This document shows, in pieces, positions 50,126 through 62,315 of a stretch of DNA of 64,000 nucleotides. The stretch lies in contig OZ281498.1 in assembly GCA_965637545.1 (NCBI GenBank), positions 7,688,001 through 7,752,000 of the forward strand, written 5' to 3'. Numbering within the stretch: position 1 is the stretch's first letter; each line of letters begins with the position of its first letter. The stretch is from Phallusia mammillata (taxonomy: Eukaryota). The notes beneath the pieces are model-generated. The model did no database searches. It was not told the origin of the DNA and worked only from the letters and a program-made list of their open reading frames with translations. A program made the translations under genes and the position numbers.

Positions 50126-50961
50126 GTTATATTGATTTTGTTTGTCTAAAATCTATTCCAGAAATGTCTCGAAAAAAGTAATAAAAGCAGCAATGAACTT
50201 TACATTTACAACGACTACAAGGCTACATAAACAATGGTGTCTAGAGGTGTATTGCTTTGAGACAAAAATGGTGCAAACGGTTTTGTGTTTCATTAATAAA
50301 AGCTCACCCTATCGTTTTTGTGTGAATAAACTTTAGCAGTTATTTTTAGGACTGTTTTTCAAACTTTTATGCAGCCTTACAGTACCATGCAGTATTAATC
50401 GCAAATCTCATAAATCTCTGAAAAGCACTAAACTTTAACTGATCGTAAAGCCACTACAAAGGACTTCGTTGCATACTTAAAAGGTTGCAAGTAATCGGTA
50501 CGCTCTTATGCCATATAGTTGCACATATTTGTCAGACAAACACCGGTAATGATGCTTCCTTATCTCTTGTACGTGCAGTCTTCCACAATGTTTGTCCTTG
50601 CGTTCCTGTCGCCTTACGTCTCGACGGGTGTTGACGAAGCAATTGACTTCGGCAGAGGAATTAGAATTCGATCGTTAAAATGCCTGTACCCTTTACTGGA
50701 GTGTATATCAATTCGCACTTGATTTGGTATTTCCACAGACAGTATATTACTAGATTTTTCCTCAGCTTGCGTACGCGGAATTCAAGATCAAATTTTTAAA
50801 TTGTATTTTTTACGTTAGAGTTAATACAATTTGACAATTATAGTGCAAGATTATATAGTAGAAGAATTTTGATTGCCATAATTTGCTTTTAGAGGGGAAA
50901 CGAAGGCAACGCCCACTTACGATGGAGACTGACCAATAGCGTAATAGCAAACAATATAGTA

Positions 50962-51292
50962 CAGTGGTTCCCAACCTTTTTTTGTTACATTCCTCCCTTT
51001 GCCCATTTTCCAACTATTCATTCCTCCCCATAAGACGAAAAACAAATATAACATAAAAAATTATAGCAATTTGAAATAGACCTTATAATTAGGGATGTCC
51101 ATTTTAGAATCCTTTACAACCGGTTTCAAATGTAAACCGGGTCCAAATTATAATGGACATAATAATGTAAATACAAAAATATTATGTAACATTTCGAATG
51201 TAAATGTTTTTTTACAGTTTTCATGTAATTCCTCCCCTGAACTCTTGAAATTCCTCCCTAGGGAGGAATTCCTCCCCGGTTGGGAACCACTG
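50962..51292. mobile_element. hAT (Buster-type) MITE H, 331 bp
   Basis: Perfect 15-bp TIRs CAGTGGTTCCCAACC / GGTTGGGAACCACTG. Perfect TSD ATATAGTA. Subterminal TTCCTCCC repeats. Confidence 0.92.
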
Positions 51293-52158
51293 ATATAGTA
51301 TAAGTTTGTTTTTATTTAGTTGATACTCTGCAAACATCACTTACGCCATGTAGTTTCAGCGACTTTTCGGATGCAAATTAGTTTCGCCAACAGTGTTCAA
51401 AACAAGTTTTTCATTAAAACATTCAGGACTTTATAGGTTACTAAAGGTTAACAATACACATACATTCAATGCGATCTATAGGAACAAATATTGCACCTTT
51501 ATAAAGCAATTAGGTAGAGCATCGTGACATTTAAAAGTGTTTAAATGTGTAATTCTCTGTTAAACGTATCTTCGTACGACCCAAACCCAAAGACAATTTT
51601 ATATGTGTCAACAAGCATGTAATGTTTTGACCCAATTCCATACACAAAACCGGGTCAAAAGGCAAACTGGAAAAACTTTAACATTCAGAAGCGGATGCTT
51701 TTAATTATTAGCGAATGCGGAGATAGGGTGATTAACCTGTGTCTGCTCTTTGGATGTAAAGACAGATAAAAGAGACGTCGCAAGAATTTTTTCCCGAAAA
51801 ACAATCACAGTCGCAAAGACAATGTTTGCTTGCGGATTTTTACTGAAGGTTAGGTAACTTGACGATAACAAGACAGGTAATGTTAACATTGGCTCCGGTT
51901 TACTGCCTATTTCCGATACGGTCATAAATTCCTTTGATCACTCGCGCTGGGTGGTTCAGTACACAAGTTTTGGCGCGAGAAAAAAAAAACGAGTAGTCAC
52001 TACTAGGCACCCGAAAAAGTCCTCCTGTGGTTTTGAGATCTCAGCAATTTGAACTATTAACAGCTTTGCATATATACACAAGTCAAAGCAAATTATAACT
52101 TGGGTCCGCAAGTTGCACAACGATTATCACAAAAACAGTTACTCTTTGTATTCTAAAC

Positions 52159-52329
52159 CAGGGGCGTGCAACCTGCGGCCCGTAGAGAGGCTTGGATTTC
52201 AAATGTACTGACAAACGAGTCCGGCTATTATATATTTTTTGAGCAGATTAATGCGCCCGATGCTATTTTTCTGTGACCAGGTAATATGTGGTTAGAATCA
52301 AATGCGAATTTTACTTAGTTGCACACCTG
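52159..52329. mobile_element. hAT MITE G, 171 bp
   Basis: TIR-like ends CAGGGGCGTGCAACC / AGTTGCACACCTG. Perfect TSD TTCTAAAC (52151-52158, 52330-52337). Confidence 0.82.
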
Positions 52330-52989
52330 TTCTAAACGACTTGTGTATTAACACAGCAGGCCCTAAACAAAAATGCAAAGTTTAATAATTTTGCTATGAA
52401 CTCACTAGAAAGCATGAAGAGGGTATTAACTTTTTCTGTCTTTTTCGTAATGACAGATTTATAACAAAAGTTTCCTGGTCTCGTATTTGCTTTACTTTGA
52501 TATACAACCAACCAACGTCAGTACCTTTATATCTCTGTAGTAAATTAACCTTGTGGTTGATAACCTCCGGCATAAAGCAGTATTTCGCGCTATAACATGA
52601 GACCAAATGTAGGAGAAATACCCCAACAATGTAAAGTGGGAAGTGTGCAAAAACATATTAGTCACTCATTCAACATTCCTTAACAGCATCATTAAAATTA
52701 ACAACTTCGTCGTTGTGCAACCATAATAAAGAAATAGTCACGACTCTGTATCAGCAAAGGGTTTGTTTAATTAACCTAATCATTTTAATAAGTCGTATTT
52801 TTATGAACTGAACAGCAAACTTGGAATTCCATCCATTATGGGGTCGGCAACTCTTTAGCGCTCTAAGTGGCAAGTTGTATCAATTTGCTAGTGGCGAAAA
52901 AAATAAGATATGGTAATGTCTGATAGCATAAATTGACAAGAAATGTTTCATGTTAGTCATCAGGGCAAGAACTTAGTCAAATGTTTGAG

Positions 52990-53330
52990 TAGCTTATACT
53001 GATGTCGGGCGTATATCGACACAAAAAATTCTTGTCAAGATTCCTATTGGGTCCTTTTTCCAACAGTGTAAAAAAAAACTTTTTGTGACCTTTTTTGTCA
53101 GTCGAATCAACCGGTCAACCTTATCGAATGTGCGTGGTTTGAAAATATTGTTATCAAACTTGACAAAAACACTCAATTCGCTGACTGGCTACACCGATTT
53201 AGGCGCGGCAGTGGCTTATCTAAATGGGCAAACACCCATCGGCGTGTAATCAACACACCAGACGCTAAAGACTCAGCGTTTCTGTTGGAAAACGGGAATT
53301 CCCCAACGCTGATGCTCATCTGATTGCTGT
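52990..53330 (+). pseudogene. Possible decayed PIF1-like helicase fragment (Helitron/Helentron type)
   Basis: One frame reads LFCDLFCQSNQPVNLIECAWFENIVIKLDKNTQFADWLHRFRRGSGLSKWANTHRRVINTPDAKDSAFLLEN. This resembles PIF1 motif IV context (W..N....L....RQ....FA..L.R.R.G ... SR.I ... DA..L...N). The RQ motif is missing, so the match is by eye only. Confidence 0.35.
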
Positions 53331-56300
53331 CAACAGCATATGGAGATAAGAAGATGGACACTGAGAAAATTCAACATTTGTCCGTTGATGTTTGTTTAGA
53401 CATTCAGTTAAACTGCTAAAAATTGGTACCGGTATTAGTCCTGAAATTTTATTATTGCCCAAAAGGAATTTTACGTTTGAGCAAATGCAGTGTAAAAGCA
53501 AGTGTTATTCAATATGTTAACAATGCCTTAAAAATATAGCCTATACTGAAGTCTCTATTTATATCAAAAGAGGTAAATGAACGGTTTTAGATGGAATGCG
53601 TTTCAAGGCAGTGTATAGCATGTCACTATTGCTTCTTTTAAAACAGTGCTCTGTTATGCCTATTGTTCAAAATTACCCGCCTGTTTTCGGCAAGGCAAAC
53701 AAAGGCTTCTAATTTTGGGACAAGATTGCAAAGCTCACCAAAAAACTAATCTTAGTAAAACAGACACACATCAGCCGGTGCTGCCAAACATGAGTGCCAC
53801 AGCATTTGGTATTTTCTCATTGGAAAGAATCCAGACCCTGCGCGATGGTACTTTGACCCCACGAGCGATAAACTTTCTGTAATAACCCAGTGGAGGCCGT
53901 AAGCGTTAGAATTTTGTAAGTAAGTAATGTGCTGAATCAGAAGGTCCTGTGTACGCTTTAAGAGCATGATTGATAAGCATTGTTTGCCACACAAATTTGC
54001 AGTCTGTAACTCCAGACGTCGACACGACGGACTGCCTGTAAACACCAAATGAATGTCTTACCTACCAGCCCCATTATGCATTATATTTCACTGCACACTA
54101 ACACGTCAAATAAGCTACCCCCCACACGACTCTTTGACAGCCTCCAAACAAAAGAAAGCTTTAATGCGTGATGAAATTATGGTAGACCCTCGTTACAGTG
54201 TTGACTATTTGCACATCAGTTAACGGCAGTTTTACGAGACAATCTTATGCGGATTATGGCATATTAATTGCGCACGTTACCTAGTTAAATTATTATGGTC
54301 CTGTTTTACTGAAAATGAAGGCACGCAAACAAGAACATAATTTTGGCAATAAAAGTTTCAACAAACAATCATGAGTTTAACGTTGCACTCAAAATGCAAG
54401 TTTGATGCACCTTTAAGACCCCTATTTAATTCCTGTGATTTAGTACCGTATGTATGTTACTAACTGTTTAAACATAAATACAATGAGTTAAAAAATTGCG
54501 TGAAACTCAGCAAAAAGGGAAGATAGAACAAAACTTTAAACAAACCATTGTAGTTAAATACTATTTAGGAGAAATGCTCACAGAACGATTAATTACACAT
54601 ACCATGAACAACTCTAACCGGCTCACCAAAAAGCTTTACACTGCCACTAGTGCAGAGCGAAAGAGTTTGTTAACACAGGCAAGGGTCACTTTAGATCCAC
54701 AGTTAATAGAGCAAAACACAAACACAGTCAGTTGTCAGGGCACCACCCGTACCGCAGGTAAGCCAGCGAACAAATGAGTCACAGTGCTGCATGACCAACA
54801 AACAACACCCAGGAGAAACTAGCAGCCGGTGAATTGTCACTGCAGAAAGTGATCGATGGGCTGGTTTGATCACTTGAAGCAAACACATTCAATGCCTGAA
54901 ACTGGTGGAAATAAGGTGTGAGTAAAAGTTTAAAACCTGAAGTATCACACCAACTGAAAAAAATGAGTAAAAAGAATTTGAGGTGAAATGGCAGACCAAT
55001 TTGAGACCAATAATAAATAGGCCTACCATTGCATTCCTGCAAACGAAGTTCATAACTTTAATGACAAAAATAACGGCTCAAATAGACGTAAAAAGCGACA
55101 TGCTTTATTTTTCAAAAATAAACTTATGAACAGATCCGAATATAGGGTTCCAAAGTTCACAACCGTTCAGTAAAGACATATAAAGTGAAAAAATAATTTA
55201 AGTTCATGCAAGGCCAACCAACCTTGCGACATTTATGACAAGTTATAGACGACTGACAGACATAAAACTTCTAAAGTTTCCGAAATTCTACCCCTCGAAT
55301 CCCGTGTTCAAATCCCAAATGATGCCAACTTTCCGGTTTTGCACCAAGGGTTTTGTCGTGTTTGCTGACGATTAAAGCAATCAGTTTCAGGGTCTTTCTC
55401 TTCAAGCCCTTGTGGGTCCCAATGGCCAACGTTGATTTCATCGCATTGCAGGCCTTTGGGAAATTATGAACAACACAACTTGGTTACGTAATTTTTGCTC
55501 GACAATGACGCCAACACAGTCCGGCGTGTTTACCTCATTAAACCAAGTTGTTACTTTTACAAGGTTTGTCGAAATGTAAGTATAGCGCAAACTTTTATTT
55601 TGCATAAACGCGAGTTTTGCTTTCAGTGGATCAAGGCGAATACCGACACATAATCAAGTGTTGTTTCACCAGTTACGCAAAATCCAAACTTTGCACAATA
55701 TGCAACATTCATATATCGAACGGTTTAGTATGGCACTACTTACAGAAGATGTCCTTTTTTATCAATTGATTGCAAGTAATGCAAGAGTACTGAGGAAGAT
55801 TGTAATTAATTAACAAACAGTAAAAGTAACCTTTTTAAAGTAGGATTTAATGCGCCCAACATTTATCCTTGCCAAAAATGTTGCTCGTTATGAAGCAAAT
55901 TATGTCAGTTATACAACCATACGTGATAAATTTCAGGAAGCTGTCAATTAAAAGATAGTGAAGCGATGACCTCATCTGTTTTCAATCCTCCATACTTCTA
56001 TTTTCATATCTCAAGGGAGCAATGTCCGTCCATAGCCGGTCTAAAACCTAAAGCGAATGTTTTAAGCTTCCAGTCAACTCTTTAAACCCTGTGGTGATAA
56101 GACCTCAGGCGCCGAGATGTATTTGTCCGCCGCAAATTCCAATTGGGCCTTTGAACCGCAGTTCCGTTGGAGATTCCCTATTCGAGGAATGCGAGCGCGT
56201 TTTCGATACTTACTGCTCAGTTGTTCATCAACGAAGCGGCTCGAGGTATGTCAAGTAGTGTAATGTGGCTGTGCCGTGGTTTCAAAAGAGCTTTTCTCCC

Positions 56301-58626
56301 AGTTCCATGTTGACATAAAATCTATGGGAACCACGATAGGAACCTAGGGCATATGTTGATCTTATGGCAATCTTATGGCGGTTTATACAGTTTGAAGGGA
56401 TGAACGACCACTATAGATCGGTTTCAAAACAACACAAAAATGTAAGCATAAGGCAGAAACTATGCGGCATTTGTGAGATAAAATTGTCACATGCCCTTTA
56501 GGTCACAAGTCGTGAAGGTAGCTACATCCAAAACTACCTTGGATAAAGGTTTATAGTCACCATGGTTCCAAATAAAACTTGCACTTTACACAAGAGTTTG
56601 AAATCTTGTTTGTTAAACTCCGAACCAAATGAACTTCTGGTAAAGATATAAAGTTGAAAACCTAGCTCAGTCATAAAGTTCAACCTTTGTACATGACGGG
56701 AAATATAATGTATATTGTCGCGTCTTGTGAGGCAGTTTTAATGCTTTTATGTTGGAAACGGACATTACAGTACGGATTCCGCGGTTAAGGTTTATTGTTT
56801 CCAGTGGCATGAGGTCGGCAAATTTTACGCACAAAAAATATTCCTCTCCGAGATTGCCATTGTGCGGTCGATGGAGAGAGAGAAAAGTGAAGAATCTTTT
56901 TACATGAGTCATATGTTTGGTAAGATTCTCGTTCGCAAACAGAGACCTTTTCGCAAATTTAAACACGTCAATTCACGGTGATAGCACAACGATATTTCTG
57001 ACATATTAATTTGGGCTTCCGCCATCATATCTGACACGTAATTACTGTTTGCAGTGTTAATATTCGTTTTCTTCCGGTGACAAACATATGACTGCGGATT
57101 TCAGGCAAAACTTCGTCACAACCGCGTACGATGCAAACTTTAACGTAAATTTTAGAGGAACAAATATTGGCCGAGTTGTTGGTATTTGCATTTTCCTGTA
57201 GTTATGTCACAAGTTACTTGTTTTTAACAGCATTTCTGAAATTTTGTTTGCTAAAATGTGTTTCTCGTACGTTATTGTACTTACGCTCACCAAAACTTAG
57301 CCAACGCATCTAATACCTTATAATGCCAACACTAACTAGTGTTTTTTGTCTAACAAATTTGATAACACTAAACTGAATATAGTTCAACGTCTATGTCGTA
57401 CATATATTAAGATTATGGTGTAGATATAACTACACATCATTTACATACGCTAGGCTAAGTTTTCTTCACACCGATCATAATCATAAAATTGATAACAGAT
57501 AGGATTTTTGATTACAACTTCTTTCAGTGTCCTCGTTCGTAACCTCACAAAGTACAAAAGATTCTGCCGACAACCGCGTCATTTTCTCACAAATTCGGCC
57601 TTATCCGGAGTCGAAAGGCCCTGTGGAATGCAAAGACAAACACGGCGTAACCAAAGGGGGCCTGAGCCTCATTCAAGGTTAATAGGCTGGAGCCGTTCTC
57701 GCGTTTGAAGTGCCAACAATGCATTCCAGAAGTTTCTCTCGCTCTCGGGCTATTATAATGAATCTGACGCCCTAATAGTGTGAAAGCGCCAATGCATCAA
57801 CTATTGTCCGTTTGAAGTCGGCTTGTAAGAAGCTATGCAATAACTAATGGTGTTGCTGAAGCGCTAAAACAGTTTAGGGTTTCCGCTATATCTGTCGATA
57901 CTCGAGTCAATCACACCGCCTTGTAACACAACTTTGCACCAATGGATACGCGAAATGTTGGGCATTAGGCTTGGTGGTTTGAATAACCCCGGGTATGAAT
58001 CAGATTGAAGTCAAAACGAAGCATGCCGAGTGCCGACCTATCTAACCTACGATTAAATGCAGTTTTAATGTTCTCACATAGGTCACAGTTTGCTTTCAGA
58101 GCGCCCTTTCCAAGGTTTATAGTTTAATAACTTTCTGTGGGTTTAATAGCAAAGCAGTAAAGTTTTCGAAAGCAATATTCGCACTTTTGGTTTACCGTAG
58201 CGCAAAATAGGCTATGCGCAAGGTTCGTCGAATTGCCCCATGTTTGCCTGCATTACGTAGACATTGATTCAAAACGTTTTTTTCTTCTTAAGAGTCGATC
58301 TAGGGTTCTAGGCCAATACACCAAGTATGAAAATTACTTGCTTTATTGTAAAAAAACGGGCCAGTTTAAAACAGAAAGTTGCACCTAAGATTGATGTTTA
58401 AACCCAGCTGATACCAACAATTGGCTAAATGGCTATGTTTACATTTTAAAAGGCATAGTCGTAACTCTTGTAGTCGATTCACCGCCTTGAAATGAGGCAC
58501 AACGTCCAAACTTTTTTCGCGAATACAGAGCGACACCAAGAGCTTAAAATAATTCCGAACAGCAAGCGCTTGATGTGCCAACGAGCTGAGAAAATCAGCT
58601 TTGTCAAAGGTTTGGGGATGGGAACT

Positions 58627-58706
58627 TGGTCGAATGGTTTGGCGCGCCTGAACCACATACAGCCACAAAAAAGCTTGATCGGGTTTCGTCCTGGGTTCAA
58701 ACCCCG
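58627..58706 (+). mobile_element. tRNA-derived SINE-like head (Pol III A and B boxes)
   Basis: A-box-like TGGTCGAATGG 58627-58637 and B-box GGTTCAAACCC 58694-58704. The spacing is longer than in a standard tRNA and I see no acceptor stem, so I do not call it a tRNA. Confidence 0.4.
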
Positions 58707-59648
58707 TGAAAAAAAAAACGTTTGGGAGCCCTTGACTCACTCTGAAATAATCAAAAAAAAAATCGAAACTGGGAAAAAAACATTACAGTACACGTAAAAG
58801 CAACCATTGTTCGTTTCCATTATCTTCTCCATGTCAGCTAAAACAAGATCGAACATATTATTTTTCCAAAACAAGTTATGGCACAAAAGCTAGTCAAACA
58901 AAGTGCTGGACGCAACTATGAAATGAATTTGCTAAGTTAAATCCAGGAGGCCATCCTATCATGTCTAACAAACGCAAGTGGATAACATAATACATACAAA
59001 GGATGACAACGTTCAATAAACTTGGTGCTCGCTTAGTAAGTCATAACATTGCATGCAAGTGCTCAAAAACTCAAAATAGTCGCCAAACTTTGCACCGAAA
59101 ACAATGTTTTTAGGCAGCACACATTGTTGTGTAAATTCAAACAGATTGACAGAAAATGGGGTATTTTTGATGAAAACCAGTTTTTTGGAATTTACACTGC
59201 CAATTCGTCATTGGAAATGAAATTACATAACACTAATACTGCATGAACATATACATTGCATGAACTTGCACACAGACATTAGAAAAAATGTGGCGCTTAC
59301 AAAACAATTATTTAAAGCAGTATTGAAACCTGCAGGTATTTTTATGAAATTCAGCACACAAAATTGGTGCATTGACTAACAAGTAACAAGAAGTAAATCT
59401 ATGTACTGAATGCGTTCAAAATCACAACAATCATTCTGTTAGGTGAAGATTATGGGTTACGATCTTACTGTTTTGAAGCAACAAAGCAGTTACGAATAGG
59501 TCAAACGCCACTCGATTTTGGCAAGCTTAAACAAGATATTTTTACACTCTTCGCGGATACGGGAAATTTAAATGGGTACATAATCGCTATACAATAATAC
59601 TGGGTACACAAACAAACATATAAAGCGCTTAAATACGTTTTCGGTGTA

Positions 59649-59921
59649 CTACAGCGAAACATCGTTTTCAGTTAAAATATTATTGGCATCACTTCCAGCA
59701 GGAATAGCTGGAGTTTCGTTTTCTGTGGGGCTCGTTGAGGAACCGTTTTCCAAAGAGTGATTCGAAGCGCCATTTTCTACAGGGTGAGTCGGGTCTTCGA
59801 CGATTGTCACATCACTGGAATCATGGTCTTCGCCGATTTTGGGGTCAATGTTGGTAGCCCCGGAAATGTCGATTTCGTCGTAGTGAATCGTGCTCCTTTC
59901 ATCTCGAACAAGCGCATTTTT
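59649..59921 (-). CDS. Multi-EGF membrane protein, terminal cytoplasmic exon
   Basis: ttaaag|AAA AAT GCG... gives 90 open codons KNALVRDERSTIHYDEIDIS...ILTENDVSL then TAG at 59651-59649. Phase 0 matches the upstream donor. It is absent from the ORF track, apparently because it has no early start codon. Confidence 0.8.
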   Translation of the reverse strand, partial: KNALVRDERSTIHYDEIDISGATNIDPKIGEDHDSSDVTIVEDPTHPVENGASNHSLENGSSTSPTENETPAIPAGSDANNILTENDVSL

Positions 59922-60476
59922 CTTTAAGTTTCAACATAAAATAACATTAATACAACATTTTGTCCTGTACAATTGGTATCTATAGCGCGCTTTGTCTTAG
60001 CTCATTTTTTGACTTGAGTTAATTTCGTTTGGAAAAAGACAACATTGCGATACAATTCCACCAAAACAATCATCAAACGGAGCTGCGCAATGTTGAAACG
60101 TTATGGAGCGCAAAACAGTTGTGGGCACAATTGGTGGATCATGACTAAACGCCAAACACATCTTTGAATGCTTAAAAAACCAAAAAACTAAAAATAGATC
60201 ACCTGGTAAGTCTTATAACAAACATAACGGCAAAAGTAGACATTTGAAATGTTATATTTTCCATGAATTGCATTTTTCTTTACACAGCTCGTAACTGAAC
60301 AAACTGCTTGTTAACAAGATTTTTTTGAAAAAAATGAATTTGTATTTATCGTTAATTAAAATGTGCTCATTAACAACATTATGTTTTACTCTTTTTACAT
60401 TATTTATGGATCCAGGATAACCCTATTCATGAAGAAACAGCCATCCACTGATCCAGATCAAAAAAGGAGCTCTTAC

Positions 60477-60598
60477 CGTATCCGGAACCCAAGTACGACG
60501 GTGGCGACGGCGACGCGCATAGAGGACCGACAAACCAATTATCAACAGAATCAACAATATTCCAACAATTATCACAGCGATTATCCATGAAGCAAGTC
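60477..60598 (-). CDS. Multi-EGF membrane protein, transmembrane exon
   Basis: ttttag|GA CTT GCT... = (G)LASWIIAVIIVGILLILLIIGLSVLY followed by the basic stop-transfer ARRRRHRR. Ends ACG|gtaaga (phase 0) and is in frame with the preceding exon. Confidence 0.9.
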
Positions 60599-60997
60599 CT
60601 AAAAATGTATTATTTTTGTTACAACATGTTTTATGGTGAAAACTTTGCTTGGTACACATGTATTCCAAATACCCAGTGTGCAACACGGTAGCAAAGTTAG
60701 AGTCAGGTAGTTTCAGTCAGATTTATGACTGTACCATATAAGAAATCGTAATCAAAATTTTTTAACTAAAGTCAAATGTCCGAAGGCCTCACAAACGGTG
60801 TAAAAAATAAAAACCTTTATTTTTGACTCACAGCGGGCATAAATTAAGCTTAAGGCATGTGCCTTTGCAAATGATATGAAAACATAAAACAGCTATTTAT
60901 TCAACTGTAAAGACAATTTAATAATTTGCAGCCGCAATTTATAATTATTTCGATTCGGTGTCATAAATCATTCTAAGAGACAGGGTATATGCTAGTA

Positions 60998-61333
60998 CAG
61001 GGGTGCCCAACGTTTTTTGACTCAAGATCGACTTTTGAGGTAGTCCAACTCTCGAGATCTACCATTCCAATACAAATTAGCAAAGGCATAGCAGACAGCA
61101 AGTACCAGAACAAAGTAACAATTACTACTACAACTATTACTTTTGTAACGTAACAAAGCGCATACTTATGAACTTATCAACATATCCTTATGATTAATTC
61201 ACAATAAAGTAATCTATGTACAGCAACGCGTTACAAAGCAACTATTTTAAATAATTTCTGCAACCCTCGCGATCGACTTAAAATCAGTCCGAGATCGACC
61301 AGTCGATCGCGATCGACGGGTTGGGCACCCCTG
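60998..61333. mobile_element. hAT MITE I in an intron of the EGF gene
   Basis: Perfect 14-bp TIRs CAGGGGTGCCCAAC / GTTGGGCACCCCTG. Perfect TSD TGCTAGTA. Subterminal GATCGAC repeats. Confidence 0.92.
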
Positions 61334-61586
61334 TGCTAGTACTAGTATAAATCGAGTTCCAGCCACTCTGCAAGCCTGGTGATCTGCAACCCTTTTTGGT
61401 ACTAATGTTATCCAAAAAACGTGTGCAATACCCTGGGCAACACATTCTATAAGGAACGATCCTAAAAACCTTTAACGAAATATATATTATGTTAAAAGCA
61501 ATTGTAACGATCAATTCACTTTGGCCCTCAATGATGTATACTGAGATTTGGAATTATACTTCTAAAGTTTTAGTTAAGTATTTTAC

Positions 61587-61736
61587 CCTGGTTTAAAGGT
61601 ACGCAAGATGTTCCATCGCCAACGTAAGTGTCGTTACATCGACATGTGTAGCTTCCAATCGTGTTCGCGCATGTTGATAGATTTTGGCAAACGTTTTGCA
61701 GACACTCGTTTATATCTTTGCAGTCGGAGCCGTTTC
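61587..61736 (-). CDS. Multi-EGF membrane protein, exon with the last cbEGF module
   Basis: tttacag|GA AAC GGC TCC GAC TGC AAA GAT ATA AAC GAG TGT ... CAG G|gtaaaa, 150 nt, phase 1-1. Splicing from 62739 gives CVCNTGFTRNGSDC, the same 10-residue C5-C6 spacing as most neighbouring modules. Confidence 0.9.
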
Positions 61737-61836
61737 CTGTAAACGACAAACGATCATACTTGACTGCTACACACCATGTAAAAAACAAGAAATATTTCAA
61801 AACTTCACATTCAAATCACAACCTAGAAAACTATTA

Positions 61837-62315
61837 CAGAGTTGAGTTGTAAGCGGGCCCAAAATCTGAGCCTGAACCCGAAAGTATAAGCCCGAAGCCC
61901 GGTCCGAACCCGCGTAACGTTTTTGAGAAGCCCGTTTAGGCCCGAAATATTGATTGACAGGCCTATCCACGAAAGCCTTGCAACAAAGGATGAGAAAGAA
62001 AATGAGAAAACAACAAACATAATGAACAATAGTAGACAATAGGGTAAACCAGTGGTTCTTAAATTTTTTGTTGCGACGCCTCTGGAAAAGTTTTCTGGAC
62101 TTGCGACGCACAAGTTAATGAGGAAATATAGCACCAGGGCGTCGCGACGAACTACTGGGGTAAACAATACGTTTTAGAGTAGGGTGGGCATTAGGTCAAA
62201 GCCAGAGTTACTTAGCTGAGTGACTTTATTTAAAAAATGGCGGACACGGAACGTAAAGTCAGGCCCGTTTTCTTGCAAATACCTAAGCCCGAACCCGGCC
62301 CGACTTGCATCTCTG
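61837..62315. mobile_element. CCCG-rich hAT-like MITE K in an EGF-gene intron, with nested element J
   Basis: Ends CAGAGTTGA / CATCTCTG, many subterminal CCCG(A) repeats. Flanks AACTATTA / AGCTGTTA (6/8). Similar to the 1542-1728 element. Confidence 0.65.
62050..62157. mobile_element. Short Buster-type MITE J nested in K
   Basis: Starts CAGTGGTTC, ends GAACTACTG. Perfect TSD GGGTAAAC (62042-62049, 62158-62165). Internal GCGACG repeats. Confidence 0.8.

Noticed and set aside
53173-53361. Trypsin-like protease fragment on the minus strand (GEFPF...SGVLITRRWVFAH)
   Set aside because: The conserved Cys, Trp and TAAHC residues are missing, the spacing is wrong, and there are no other protease exons. 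The + strand PIF1-like reading explains more residues.
54500-54950. Decayed Ac/ZBED-type transposase (LDPQ ... NWWK)
   Set aside because: Only two very short motifs in different frames, with no catalytic residues or TIRs.
56100-56250. + strand exon ending AG|gtatgt (LFEECERVFDTYCSVV)
   Set aside because: No recognisable homology, acceptor or partner exons. There is too little to call.
61037-61050. let-7-like miRNA start TGAGGTAG
   Set aside because: The match stops after 9 nt, lies inside MITE I and has no precursor hairpin. Other seed look-alikes (miR-92, miR-1) failed in the same way.
61284-61514. Extra EGF-gene exon with a CCPGY (EMI-like) motif
   Set aside because: The CCPGY frame does not fit the phase-1 donor upstream, the ORF runs into MITE I, and exons 61587 and 60598 already join in frame.
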